Part shown: positions 1-9,263 of the stretch, piece after piece
Position numbering within the stretch: the stretch's first letter is position 1
Layout: the number at the start of each line of letters is the position of its first letter
Assembly (NCBI GenBank): GCA_038231455.1
Contig: JBBRLI010000010.1
Coordinates: 64,747-128,746, forward strand
Direction: 5' to 3'
Length of the DNA stretch: 64,000 nucleotides
Origin: Vulcanimicrobiales bacterium
GTDB taxonomy: Bacteria > Vulcanimicrobiota > Vulcanimicrobiia > Vulcanimicrobiales > Vulcanimicrobiaceae
The notes under the pieces: generated by a model
The model's input: the letters and a program-made list of their open reading frames with translations, nothing else
What the model was told of the DNA's origin: nothing
Database searches by the model: none
Made by a program: the position numbers and the translations under genes

Positions 1-2
1 CG

Positions 3-884
3 TGGATGCAGATGCCGACCGGTTTTACGCTGGTCAACGGGAAGGTGACCGACGTCCATCCGATTGTCGCGATGTTCGCGAAGCCCTGGGCGACGGAGGT
101 CGCGCACGGGACGCTCGCGGCGTTTGTGTTCACCGCTTTTGGCACCGCGGCGGTATGTGCGTTTGCACTCTTACGCGGCGACCGCCGCCCGCAAGTCGTT
201 GCCGGTTTGCGGATTGCGATGGTAATGGCCGCAGTCGCTCTGCCCGCGCAAGTTGTCTTAGGCGATGTTGCGGCACGATTCGTTGCAGAAAATCAACCCG
301 CAAAATTTGCGGCGATGGAAGCGCTCTATCATACTCAGCGCGGCGCGCCGATTACGATTGGCGGGATTCCGGTCGGCGGCGACCGCGTTGTGGGCGGCAT
401 CGAGATTCCCAAACTCTTGAGCTTTCTTGCGAACTTCAATTTTAATAGCGAAATCGCCGGACTCGACCGCGTTCCGCGCGGGGACCGTCCGCCGGTGCTC
501 GGGACACATCTCTCGTTCGATGCGATGGTCGGTTCGGCGTCGGCGCTGCTCCTCATCACGCTTGGATGGCTCTGGTTCGTGTTGCGTAAGCGTGCACTGC
601 CGCGTTTGATGAACGTCGCGATCGTGCTTTCCGCGCCGCTCGTCCTCGTCGCGCTCGAGGCGGGATGGTTCGTAACGGAATTCGGTCGCCAACCTTGGAT
701 CGCGCGTGGACTCTTACGCACGAGTGACGGCGTAACGATCGCGCCCGGTGTCGACATCGCCTTTTACGGATTCTCGATCGTGTACGTCGTGCTCGCGGCA
801 GCGTGCTGGTGGTTGATGCGTCGCGTGGATCGCGTGCCGGCGGTGACCGGGACCCACGATCGCGTAGCGGGCCTCGCGCGATGA
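3..884 (+). CDS. cydA: Cytochrome bd ubiquinol oxidase subunit I (5' truncated by window edge)
   Basis: QPAKFAAMEA Q-loop motif and EAGWFVTEFGRQPW motif; overlaps the cydB start (ATGA). Confidence 0.95.
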   Translation, partial: WMQMPTGFTLVNGKVTDVHPIVAMFAKPWATEVAHGTLAAFVFTAFGTAAVCAFALLRGDRRPQVVAGLRIAMVMAAVALPAQVVLGDVAARFVAENQPAKFAAMEALYHTQRGAPITIGGIPVGGDRVVGGIEIPKLLSFLANFNFNSEIAGLDRVPRGDRPPVLGTHLSFDAMVGSASALLLITLGWLWFVLRKRALPRLMNVAIVLSAPLVLVALEAGWFVTEFGRQPWIARGLLRTSDGVTIAPGVDIAFYGFSIVYVVLAAACWWLMRRVDRVPAVTGTHDRVAGLAR

Positions 885-1858
885 CACTCGCGATCGGCGC
901 GGCGCTTGTCGGATTGTTTGCCATCACGCTCTATGCCGTGTTCGGCGGCGCGGATTTCGGCGGCGGCGTGTGGGATCTCTTGGCGACAGGCCCGCGGAAG
1001 CAAGAACAGCGCGATGCGATCACGCATGCGATCGGTCCGGTATGGGAAGCCAATCACGTCTGGGTTATTTTTGCGATCGTCGTGCTCTTCACGTGTTTCC
1101 CGCCGGCGTTTTCGGATATCGCGACGGGACTCAATGCGCCGCTCACCTTCGCGCTCGTCGGAATCGTGATGCGCGGCGCGGCATTCGTGTTTCGCAATCA
1201 CACCGATGAAGCGCCGCACTTCGCCCACTTCTGGACGGTCGTTTTTGGAATCGCTTCGCTCCTCGCGCCGTTTTGGCTCGGCGATGCCGTCGGCGCGCTC
1301 GCAACGGGCGACTACGCGTGGACCTCGCCGTTCGCGCTCTCGGTCGGCGTCTTCGCACTGGTCGTCTGCGCGCAAATCGCGGCGGTGTTCTTAGCAAAAG
1401 AAGTGAGCGACGAAGACGAACTGCGGCGCGATTTCCGGCGTCGTGCCGTGCGCGCGACCTTCGCCGTGTGGATCATCGGTGCCGTCCCCGGCCTGATCGC
1501 GCAGCGCAGCGAGCCGCGCCTCTTTGCCGCGCTCTTCACGCCGACGGCGTTCATCGCGATCGGCGTCGCGATGGCGCTCGGACTTGGCGTCGCGTATGCG
1601 CTGCATATCCATCGCAACGGCTGGGCACGCGTCCTCGTCGGACTGGAAGCGTTGGCGATCCTCGTCGGCTGGTTCGGCGCGCAAGCACCGGCGCTCGTCC
1701 CCGGACGCTACACGCTTGCGAACGCCGCATCGAGCGATGCAATGCTGCAAGCGTTCCTCATCGCGAGCGGGATCGGTGCGGTGTTTTTGATTCCGTCGCT
1801 GATCCTTCTGTTTACCGTTTTTAAGGGACCGAATTCAAAACCGGTGTCTTCACATTAG
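881..1858 (+). CDS. cydB: Cytochrome bd ubiquinol oxidase subunit II
   Basis: GGADFGGG and IGPVWEANHVW motifs, multiple TM helices; ATG at 881 coupled to the cydA stop. Confidence 0.93.
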   Translation: MTLAIGAALVGLFAITLYAVFGGADFGGGVWDLLATGPRKQEQRDAITHAIGPVWEANHVWVIFAIVVLFTCFPPAFSDIATGLNAPLTFALVGIVMRGAAFVFRNHTDEAPHFAHFWTVVFGIASLLAPFWLGDAVGALATGDYAWTSPFALSVGVFALVVCAQIAAVFLAKEVSDEDELRRDFRRRAVRATFAVWIIGAVPGLIAQRSEPRLFAALFTPTAFIAIGVAMALGLGVAYALHIHRNGWARVLVGLEALAILVGWFGAQAPALVPGRYTLANAASSDAMLQAFLIASGIGAVFLIPSLILLFTVFKGPNSKPVSSH

Positions 1859-1973
1859 TGCTTGTATCATTACCTGAAAATCCAGCGGACCGCTTCGCCG
1901 ACGGATATATAAGCTTTGCGGCCAGTGTATTTCTGACGCGTATCGAATTGGAGCCACGGCGGAAGGACGAATA

Positions 1974-2174
1974 TTGATGTTGACATCGTTTCGACTCGTA
2001 TTACCTGGTTTGGCGTTCGCAGTTATTGCGTGGTTGCTCTTTAGCCGCGGATTTTATCTTGCGGGGAGCGCCCTCTTGCTGTGTTACCTAACGGCGATAA
2101 CGTTCATTATCGTCTCCGTGTTCAAAGCTGAACGACGACTCCGCGCTCGAAATCTCAAGGAACCGCTCTCGTAG
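1974..2174 (+). CDS. Small two-helix membrane protein, hypothetical
   Basis: 66-aa ORF with two hydrophobic segments and a basic tail; AAGGA upstream; followed by a terminator. Confidence 0.5.
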   Translation: MMLTSFRLVLPGLAFAVIAWLLFSRGFYLAGSALLLCYLTAITFIIVSVFKAERRLRARNLKEPLS

Positions 2175-2194
2175 AGAGGTCGCGCGAGAAATAT

Positions 2195-2225
2195 AAAAAG
2201 GCCGATCCGAAGATCGGCCTTTTTT
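2195..2225. terminator. Bidirectional intrinsic terminator
   Basis: AAAAAGGCCGATC-CGAA-GATCGGCCTTTTT between convergent genes. Confidence 0.85.
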
Positions 2226-2246
2226 GTTTTACGCCTGAAGTCCGGT

Positions 2247-3668
2247 CTAGCCGACCGAGCCTTCCATTTCCATTTTGATCAAGCGGTTGAGTTCGACGGC
2301 GTATTCCATCGGCAGCTCCTTGACGAAGAAGTCGAAGAAGCCGTTGACGATCATCGCAGTTGCGTCCGCTTCGCTCAAGCCGCGGCTCATCGCGTAGAAG
2401 AGTTGCTCTTCGCCGATTTTCGAGACGCTCGCTTCGTGTTCGACCGTCGAACGCTGTTCGTTGACCTTCATCGTCGGCTTCGTATCGCTGGCCGAGATGT
2501 CGTCCATGATGAGGGCGTCGCACTTCACGCGCGTCTTCGCGCCAACGGCGCCGGGGAAAATTTCAACCAGTCCGCGGTATGTCGTTTTGCCGCCGTGCGC
2601 GGAGACGGATTTATTCGTCACAACCGACGTTGTATTCGGGGCTGCGTGGATGATTTTTGCGCCCGCGTCCTGATGCTGGCCTTCGCCGGCAAACGCTGCG
2701 GAGAGAATCTCGCCGCGCGCGCCTTCGCCCATCAAGTAGATCGCGGGATACTTCATCGTCAGACGCGAGCCGATGTTGCCGTCGACCCATTCAACAGTCG
2801 CGTTCTTATACGCAACGGCGCGTTTGGTGACGAGGTTGAAGATGTTCCGATACCAGTTTTGGATCGTCGTGTAGCGGATCGACGCGCCTTCCATGGCGAT
2901 CAGCTCGACCACGGCTGAGTGCAGCGAGGCGGTCGAGAACTTCGGCGCCGTGCAACCCTCGATGTAGTGAACTTTCGAGCCTTTGTCCGCAATGATCAGC
3001 GTGCGCTCGAACTGGCCCATGTTTTCTGTGTTGATACGGAAGTAGGCTTGCAGCGGCGTCTTCACTTCAACGCCCGGCGGCACGTAGACGAACGAGCCGC
3101 CCGACCACACCGAGGAGTTGAGCGCGGCGAACTTGTTGTCGCCCGGCGGAATCACCGTTGCGAAATATTTTTTGAGGATCTCCGGATATTGCTTGAGCGC
3201 GGTATCCATATCGCAGAAGAGCACGCCCTCTTTCTCGAGGTCCTCGCGGACCGAGTGATAGACGACTTCTGATTCATACTGCGCGGAGACGCCGGAGAGA
3301 AACTTGCGCTCGGCTTCCGGAATGCCGAGGCGGTCGAACGTCTTCTTGATGTCATCGGGAACGTCGTCCCATGACTTTTCCGTGCCGTCGGTCGACTTCA
3401 CAAAGTAGTGGATATTATCGAAGTCGATCTCGGAGAGCAGCGCGGTGTCGGCCCACGGCGGCATCGCCTTGGAGCGAAACGTCTCGAGGGCTTTGAGGCG
3501 GAACTCGAGCATCCACGCGGGCTCGTTTTTCATCGAACTGATGCGCTCGACGATCTCGCGGTTGAGCCCCTTATCCGATTTGAAGACGTACTTCTCTTCA
3601 GAATCGTGGAAACCGTGGCGGTAATCCTCGACCAGATCCTGGGGCGTCGTCTTCACTTCGATTGCCAT
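2247..3668 (-). CDS. sufB: Fe-S cluster assembly protein SufB
   Basis: [44 protein letters not shown] motifs; likely start ATG 3668. Confidence 0.96.
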   Translation of the reverse strand: MAIEVKTTPQDLVEDYRHGFHDSEEKYVFKSDKGLNREIVERISSMKNEPAWMLEFRLKALETFRSKAMPPWADTALLSEIDFDNIHYFVKSTDGTEKSWDDVPDDIKKTFDRLGIPEAERKFLSGVSAQYESEVVYHSVREDLEKEGVLFCDMDTALKQYPEILKKYFATVIPPGDNKFAALNSSVWSGGSFVYVPPGVEVKTPLQAYFRINTENMGQFERTLIIADKGSKVHYIEGCTAPKFSTASLHSAVVELIAMEGASIRYTTIQNWYRNIFNLVTKRAVAYKNATVEWVDGNIGSRLTMKYPAIYLMGEGARGEILSAAFAGEGQHQDAGAKIIHAAPNTTSVVTNKSVSAHGGKTTYRGLVEIFPGAVGAKTRVKCDALIMDDISASDTKPTMKVNEQRSTVEHEASVSKIGEEQLFYAMSRGLSEADATAMIVNGFFDFFVKELPMEYAVELNRLIKMEMEGSVG

Positions 3669-3724
3669 ATTGGGTGTGCTGACCTCAACGAAAAGTGCGG
3701 CGAACGGAGTCCGCCTCAACCTGT

Positions 3725-3753
3725 AGACTACCCCGCTGGCGGACCAACGTCAA
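3725..3753 (-). promoter_or_regulatory. Sigma70-type promoter for sufB
   Basis: TTGACG-17 bp-TAGTCT on the minus strand. Confidence 0.55.
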
Positions 3754-3877
3754 GATAGTGCAGGGGTATCTGTATTATCTAACCCATGCAAGAGCGGATT
3801 CGTGGCAAGGGTCGATCTGTTTGACAACTACTTGAAGCGAATCGTGCTCGGCTCGATGGACCCAATAACCGCTCGAC

Positions 3878-3906
3878 TTGAAGTATCCTCTCCGGCATAG
3901 TAAAAT
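3878..3906 (+). promoter_or_regulatory. Sigma70-type promoter for the wHTH/NTase pair
   Basis: TTGAAG-17 bp-TAAAAT, followed by GAGGAG SD and ATG 3929. Confidence 0.6.
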
Positions 3907-3928
3907 ATACCGTGAGGAGTACTCAAGT

Positions 3929-4297
3929 ATGCCGACTGATACACATTCATACACCGACTACGAGTGGGATTTGCCAGCCCCGGTACTGTTCGGATCGAAG
4001 ATGCGAACAGCTCTCCTCATGCTTGTCGCAGTGCTCGAAGAGACCTATCCCGCGGAACTCGCCCGGTATCTCTCCTCAACCATCTCGTCCGTCCAGCGGA
4101 CGCTCGATAAAATCGAAGAGGACGGATTAATCGCTTCGCGCCCGCTCGTCGTGCGGGCGGTAACGCTCAATCCGCTGTACCCGGCAGCAAAGGAGCTGCG
4201 GGCGCTCTTGCTGCGCCTCGCTGAGGGGTACCCGCAGTATCGCGAGCTACGCGAGTCTCGCCGTTTGCGGCCCCGTCGGCGCGGAAAGCCGCTGTGA
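3929..4297 (+). CDS. Winged helix-turn-helix protein (putative antitoxin/regulator)
   Basis: LFGSKMR...YPAELARYLSSTISSVQRTLDKIEEDGLI wHTH pattern; SD GAGGAG; GTGA overlap with the next gene. Confidence 0.75.
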   Translation: MPTDTHSYTDYEWDLPAPVLFGSKMRTALLMLVAVLEETYPAELARYLSSTISSVQRTLDKIEEDGLIASRPLVVRAVTLNPLYPAAKELRALLLRLAEGYPQYRELRESRRLRPRRRGKPL

Positions 4298-4872
4298 TCG
4301 GACCAGACTCGACGCTCGCGGACGTCTGCTTCGCGGTTGCAGAATCACTCCGAGCGGCCGGGCTAACCGCGGTTCTCACCGGCGGAAGTGCGGCGACACT
4401 CTACGCTCCCGCGTCCTACCAATCGTTCGATGCCGATTTTGTGCTGGACGTCGAAGCGCCGCTGCGGGTGGTCGCGGCTGCGCTCGAGCCCCTCGGCTTC
4501 CATCGATCCGGCCGCATCTTCGCTCACCGGAAATCGCATTACACCGTCGATTTTCCGCGCGGGCCGCTTGCCGTCGGCGGCGATTACGTGCGTGAGACCG
4601 TGGAAATCGAATCGGGCGGCCGGCGTTTGCGCATCTTGAGCCGCACCGATTGCGTACGCGATCGATTGGCGCATTATTACCACTGGGAAGATTTCACGGC
4701 GCTCAACGCCGCGGTTGCTGTCGCAGCCAGTGATCCGGCGACCGTCGATCGCCGATCGCTCATCGATTGGACCGAGCGCGAGTCGCCGGCCTTTCTCGAA
4801 AAGTTCGCCGAGTTCGAGCGGCGGCTCGCGGCATGCGGCGCGGCTCTGTCGCACGGAAACGGCTTTCCTTAA
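4294..4872 (+). CDS. Putative Pol-beta-superfamily nucleotidyltransferase (AbiEii/MenT-like)
   Basis: VLTGGSAATLY...QSFDADFV (GG-x-A...S-x-D-x-D) NTase-type motif. Confidence 0.65.
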   Translation: MIGPDSTLADVCFAVAESLRAAGLTAVLTGGSAATLYAPASYQSFDADFVLDVEAPLRVVAAALEPLGFHRSGRIFAHRKSHYTVDFPRGPLAVGGDYVRETVEIESGGRRLRILSRTDCVRDRLAHYYHWEDFTALNAAVAVAASDPATVDRRSLIDWTERESPAFLEKFAEFERRLAACGAALSHGNGFP

Positions 4873-4910
4873 CCTAAGCCTACATTAAGGTCATTATGAA
4901 GGAAGAGTAC

Positions 4911-4939
4911 TTTACAGGGGGGGGTGCAGGGGGTATCAT
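4911..4939 (+). promoter_or_regulatory. Sigma70-type promoter upstream of the long speD leader
   Basis: TTTACA-17 bp-TATCAT. Confidence 0.6.
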
Positions 4940-4944
4940 GTTCG

Positions 4945-5160
4945 TCGGACTCGACTTCACCCCGAGCTTAGAACTCGGGGTCTGTATGTCGGGGACGGGT
5001 AGAGGGACGGCGCGCCCAACGCGCCTGTGCGACGAGTCGTTCGGATGTATCGAAGGACATCCCAGCAAGCACTTGTCGATAGGTCACGGACGAGACGATG
5101 TACCGCATGCGTTCGCTGACGAGCCTGGAGGTGGGATTCCCCCGCGTAGCCCTAAGGAGG
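4945..5160 (+). promoter_or_regulatory. Structured 5' leader of speD (candidate cis-regulatory RNA)
   Basis: Stems 4959-4966/4974-4981, 5009-5014/5020-5025, 5043-5048/5057-5062 and an enclosing 4948-4953/5033-5038 pairing; ends at SD AAGGAGG. Confidence 0.4.
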
Positions 5161-5168
5161 CCCTAAAA

Positions 5169-5588
5169 ATGAAAGCACTCGGTACCCATATTGTCTGCGA
5201 GCTCTCGGGATGCGACCCGGCAGCGTTGACCGATATCGAAGCGGTCCGCACCATGATGATTTCCGCAGCCCGGGAAGCCAACGCGACGGTCATCGAGACC
5301 GCCTTTCACCGCTTCCAACCCCAAGGCGTCTCCGGCGTCGTGGTGATCCAAGAATCGCACCTCTCGATCCATACGTGGCCCGAGACCGGTTACGCAGCGA
5401 TGGATTTCTACACGTGCGGCGACCACACCGATCCCTGGGCAGCGTGCGAATACGCCGCCAAGATCCTCGGCGCCGAATCGATCCTCACAACTGAGGTGAA
5501 GCGCGGCATCGAAGCCTCGGCCGGCCGGTTCACGCACGTCGTGACCGCCGACCACGAAGAGCAGACATTCGCGAAAATGACCGCTTAG
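5169..5588 (+). CDS. speD: S-adenosylmethionine decarboxylase proenzyme (class 1B)
   Basis: HRFQPQGVSGVVVIQESHLSIHTWPE...DFYTCG; strong SD; adjacent to speE. Confidence 0.93.
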   Translation: MKALGTHIVCELSGCDPAALTDIEAVRTMMISAAREANATVIETAFHRFQPQGVSGVVVIQESHLSIHTWPETGYAAMDFYTCGDHTDPWAACEYAAKILGAESILTTEVKRGIEASAGRFTHVVTADHEEQTFAKMTA

Positions 5589-5615
5589 GCGATTCTTCGC
5601 CGCCTGGAGAGGTAC

Positions 5616-5649
5616 GCAAACGGCCGACGCTTAGGCGTCGGCCGTTTGC
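5616..5649. other. Perfect 15-bp hairpin between speD and speE (terminator or stability element)
   Basis: GCAAACGGCCGACGC-TTAG-GCGTCGGCCGTTTGC; no long U tract. Confidence 0.6.
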
Positions 5650-5710
5650 ATGTCCGCGCGTTAACCTTGCAAAGGTCCCCGCGACCGCACGCCCAACCCT
5701 CGCAAGCGCT

Positions 5711-6601
5711 ATGCCGAAAACCGAACACTGGCAGTGGTATGTCGAGGAATTCGCCCCAACCGAATTCCACCACCACGCTATCGACGAAACCTATTACGCC
5801 GGAACGACACCGTTCCAATCGGTCGCGGTCATTCGCACGCCGGTCTTCGGGAAAATGCTCGTGCTCGACGGCGACACGCAAAGCTCGCAGCACGATGAGA
5901 AAATCTACCACGAGTCGCTCGTGCATCCAGCGCTTGCCGCGTGCGAAACCCGGGATGAGGTGCTGATCCTCGGTGGCGGCGAGGGCGCGACATTACGCGA
6001 AGTGCTGCGACATCCCGGTGTGAAGCGCTGCACGATGGTCGACATCGACGGCGAAGTCGTGGAGCTCTCGAAAAAGTATTTGCCCGAGTGGGCCGATGGG
6101 GCGTTCGAAGATCCGCGGGCCCGCGTTATCATTGGCGATGCGCTCGCATTCTTAAAAGAAGATACGGGTTCGTATGCCGCAGTGATCTCCGATCTGACCG
6201 AGCCGCTGCCGGACTCCCCGTCGTTCCCGCTCTTCAACGGTGAGATCTTCCGCGACATCAAGGCGCGCCTGGTTCCCGGCGGCGTTTACGTGCTGCAAGC
6301 TAGCACCGCGGGCTTCCATAATATGGCCTTGCACGCAAAGATGGCCCGTTCGCTGCGCTCGCACTTCAAGCACGTGCGCAGTTTCTACACCCATGTTCCC
6401 GCCTTCGATAACGATTGGGCGTTTATCGTGTGCAGCGATCGCGCGGATGTCGCGAAGCTGGATCCAGCGACGATCGATGCGTACGTCGCGCAGCTGCGGG
6501 GCGAAAACTACTTCTACGATGCCGAGACGCACCGGCGGCTCTTCAGTTTGCCCCGCTACTTGCGGGCCGAACTGGAAAAATCAGGCGACGTTTTCCGTTA
6601 A
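5711..6601 (+). CDS. speE: Spermidine/polyamine aminopropyltransferase
   Basis: FGKMLVLDG, YHESLVHP, LILGGGEGATLRE, VDID, DLTEP motifs. Confidence 0.93.
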   Translation: MPKTEHWQWYVEEFAPTEFHHHAIDETYYAGTTPFQSVAVIRTPVFGKMLVLDGDTQSSQHDEKIYHESLVHPALAACETRDEVLILGGGEGATLREVLRHPGVKRCTMVDIDGEVVELSKKYLPEWADGAFEDPRARVIIGDALAFLKEDTGSYAAVISDLTEPLPDSPSFPLFNGEIFRDIKARLVPGGVYVLQASTAGFHNMALHAKMARSLRSHFKHVRSFYTHVPAFDNDWAFIVCSDRADVAKLDPATIDAYVAQLRGENYFYDAETHRRLFSLPRYLRAELEKSGDVFR

Positions 6602-6799
6602 CGTCGCCACGACGAGCAGCGCGAGCTGGGTGCGCTTGCTCAGCGAGAGCTTCCGGAAAATCGATTCTAGGTGGTGCTCCACCGTCCGCGAGCTTACGAC
6701 GAGCTCATCTGCGATGCCGCGGTTGCTCAAGCCGCGCGCGACCAGGGCGGCGACTTCGCGTTCGCGCTGGGTCAGCAACTCGAGTGGTTTGAGCAACAA
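6581..6799 (-). CDS. Stand-alone LuxR-type HTH regulator (~72 aa)
   Basis: LTQREREVAALVARGLSNRGIADELVVSSRTVEHHLESIFRKL; TTG start inferred from a GGAG SD. Confidence 0.8.
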   Translation of the reverse strand: MLLKPLELLTQREREVAALVARGLSNRGIADELVVSSRTVEHHLESIFRKLSLSKRTQLALLVVATLTENVA

Positions 6800-6884
6800 G
6801 GCGACTCCGGATGCAAAGCAGGTCGGATGGCGAACTCGGCACGATGTGAATCGCACACCGTGCTTTCCTTGGACATCGGCATAA

Positions 6885-7316
6885 GTGGCCGAGAAAATAA
6901 GCGTTGACCCCGCCGCTCTTTTGGCGGGCTGGTCAAGCGAGCGAGCGCCGTTCGTCGCGCTCCTGGGCTTAGAGCTGCTGGATATCGGCAAGGGCACGGC
7001 GCGCATGCGGATGCCGTATCGACGCGAGATCACCAATGGAACGAGCGCCATCCACGGCGGCGCGATCGTTGCCCTGTGCGATTCGGCGTTTTATCTTGCA
7101 CTCGCTTCGATCTACGGGCACGAGCAAGAGACGACAACTGCTGCGCTCTCGTGCAATTTTCTCGCACCCGCGATTCCGCCGCACGACCTCATCGCCGAGG
7201 CGGAGGTTCTCAAAGCCGGTCGGCGCATCGTTTACGGTGAGGTGCGCGTGACCGGTGGGGATCGTTTGGTCGCGCACGCGACGCTCAATTTTCTCAATAC
7301 GCCGCCCAAGAAATAG
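6885..7316 (+). CDS. PaaI-family hotdog-fold thioesterase
   Basis: NGTSAIHGGAIVALCD motif; LKAGRRIVYGEV. Confidence 0.85.
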   Translation: MAEKISVDPAALLAGWSSERAPFVALLGLELLDIGKGTARMRMPYRREITNGTSAIHGGAIVALCDSAFYLALASIYGHEQETTTAALSCNFLAPAIPPHDLIAEAEVLKAGRRIVYGEVRVTGGDRLVAHATLNFLNTPPKK

Positions 7317-7322
7317 GTCATC

Positions 7323-8426
7323 ATGGTTAGCGAACCAATTCTCCGTCGTACCGCGCTCTTCGACGCGCACCGCGCCCTCGGCGCGAAGATCGTGCCATTC
7401 GGCGGCTTCGAAATGCCCGTGCAATATGCCGGCATCCTCGCCGAACACGACGCCGTGCGCAATCGCGCGGGGCTCTTCGATCTCTCGCACATGGCGCAGT
7501 TCGAACTCCGTGGTGAAAACGTCGCTGCGTGGGCAGATTCGCTCACGGTCAACAACGTCGCGACGATGAAGCCGCTGCAAGCGCGCTACAATATTTTCCC
7601 AAACGAACATGGTGGCGCGCACGACGACGTGATCTTCTATCGTTTGCCCGATCGCTGGTTGCTCGTCGTGAACGCCGGAAATGCCGACAAAATGTGGGCG
7701 CACATCAACGCCCATCGATCGGGCGACGTGAAGCTGACCAACTTTCACGGTGTCCGCGCGCTTATCGCGATTCAAGGCCCGCGCTCGGTTGAAATTTTGC
7801 AAGAATTTGTCGACATCGAGCTCGCGCCGATGAAATACTACACGTGTGCCGAGGCGACGATTGGCGGCGTGCGCGGCGTGATCGCGCGAACGGGTTATAC
7901 GGGGGAAGACGGCTTCGAACTCTTCGTCGAGGGCGATGCCGCGACGGCACTTTGGGATGCAATCTTAGCTGCTGGTCGCGCGCACGGACTCGAACCCGCG
8001 GGCCTTGGGGCGCGCGACGTGCTGCGCCTGGAGGCGGGCATGCCGTTATACGGCCACGAGATGACCGAAGAAATCGGTCCGATTCAAGCGGGACTCGGCT
8101 GGGCAGTAAAACTCACAAAGCCCGCCTTTCGCGGCAAAGCCGCACTCGAGGCACAATCGGCCGACGCGACGCTTCCGAAGATTGTTGGCATCGTGCTCGA
8201 CGGCAAAATCCCGGCGCGTGCGGGATATCGCGTGGTTCACGATGGCATCGATGTCGGTGAGATTCGCAGCGGGTCGCTCGGTCCGTCGGTTGGAAAAAAT
8301 ATTGCGACGGGTCTGCTCGCACCGGGTGCTGCAACCATCGGCTCAAAAGTGAGCGTCGAGATTCGCGGGACACCTCACGACGCAACCGTCGTCGAACTAC
8401 CGTTCTACAAACGCCCCAAAGTTTAA
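7323..8426 (+). CDS. gcvT: Glycine cleavage aminomethyltransferase T
   Basis: FGGFEMPVQY, GLFDLSHM, ARTGYTGEDGFE, GLGARDVLRLEAG motifs. Confidence 0.97.
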   Translation: MVSEPILRRTALFDAHRALGAKIVPFGGFEMPVQYAGILAEHDAVRNRAGLFDLSHMAQFELRGENVAAWADSLTVNNVATMKPLQARYNIFPNEHGGAHDDVIFYRLPDRWLLVVNAGNADKMWAHINAHRSGDVKLTNFHGVRALIAIQGPRSVEILQEFVDIELAPMKYYTCAEATIGGVRGVIARTGYTGEDGFELFVEGDAATALWDAILAAGRAHGLEPAGLGARDVLRLEAGMPLYGHEMTEEIGPIQAGLGWAVKLTKPAFRGKAALEAQSADATLPKIVGIVLDGKIPARAGYRVVHDGIDVGEIRSGSLGPSVGKNIATGLLAPGAATIGSKVSVEIRGTPHDATVVELPFYKRPKV

Positions 8427-8438
8427 GGAGAGCACCAC

Positions 8439-8822
8439 GTGGCGCAGCCGGCCGGACTTCTGTACAGTAAAGAACACGAGTGGGTGAAGATGGACGGCGA
8501 TGTCGCCACCGTCGGTATCACCGAATACGCGCAAAATTCGCTCGGCGATATCGTCTACGTGGAACTGCCGCGCATCGGCGCGGAACTCCAGCAATTCGGC
8601 AACATCGGCGTAATCGAATCCGTGAAAGCGGTCTCGGACATCTACACGCCCGTCGGCGGTGAAGTGGTCGAAGTCAACGCCGAACTCGAGGCCGATCCCG
8701 CGCTGGTCAACCGCGAACCATTCGGCACGGGCTGGCTCTTCAAAGTGAAGCTCGCCGATGTCACGCAGAATCAAAATCTGCTCTCACCCGAAAAATACGA
8801 CGAACTCGTCGCCTCCGCTTAA
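8439..8822 (+). CDS. gcvH: Glycine cleavage H protein
   Basis: HEWV...GITEYAQ...IESVKAVSDIY lipoyl-Lys motif. Confidence 0.97.
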   Translation: MAQPAGLLYSKEHEWVKMDGDVATVGITEYAQNSLGDIVYVELPRIGAELQQFGNIGVIESVKAVSDIYTPVGGEVVEVNAELEADPALVNREPFGTGWLFKVKLADVTQNQNLLSPEKYDELVASA

Positions 8823-9157
8823 GGCTGGTCGGCGGGGTGGTTCACCCGCATCGTCGAGCCGAATAAATAGCCGCCGCGCGCGTGCGAAAACTGGATGATC
8901 TCCGGGTCGCCGATGCGCGTGCGCAGACGGTGGATCGAAACTTTGAGCGCGTTGACGGCAACGCGCTCTTCGATTCCCGGGAGGACCATCGCGCCTAAAT
9001 CGGCGGGCGCGATCGGCGCACCGTGGATCGCAAGCGATGCGATGATAGCAAAGTCGCGCTCGCTGATGGGTACGGGCCGGCCTTCCCGCGTTAGCTGGCC
9101 GACCGCAAGATCTAAATCGTAAACAACCCGCCGGCCCAGGCGATAGACTCCATCCAT
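8819..9157 (-). CDS. Stand-alone OmpR/PhoB-type winged-helix DNA-binding domain protein
   Basis: GRPVPISERDFAII...LKVSIHRLRTRIG...ARGGY resembles Trans_reg_C; own promoter TTCACG-17-TATACT just upstream. Confidence 0.7.
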   Translation of the reverse strand: MDGVYRLGRRVVYDLDLAVGQLTREGRPVPISERDFAIIASLAIHGAPIAPADLGAMVLPGIEERVAVNALKVSIHRLRTRIGDPEIIQFSHARGGYLFGSTMRVNHPADQP

Positions 9158-9263
9158 GGCCGATGGAGTATAGCCCAGGCGGCCGCTTGCGTGAATAGGG
9201 ATTTCCACCCATTGTTCGGGAACCTGAAACGGTTCCGCCCCAGCCGTCAGTCTAACGAGGGTC

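Noticed and set aside
4896-5168. 91-aa N-terminal extension of SpeD
   Set aside because: The strong SD before ATG 5169 and the promoter inside the extension favour the shorter protein.
7250-7323. Glycine riboswitch before gcvT
   Set aside because: Only 6 bp separate the thioesterase gene and gcvT; no aptamer motif is visible.
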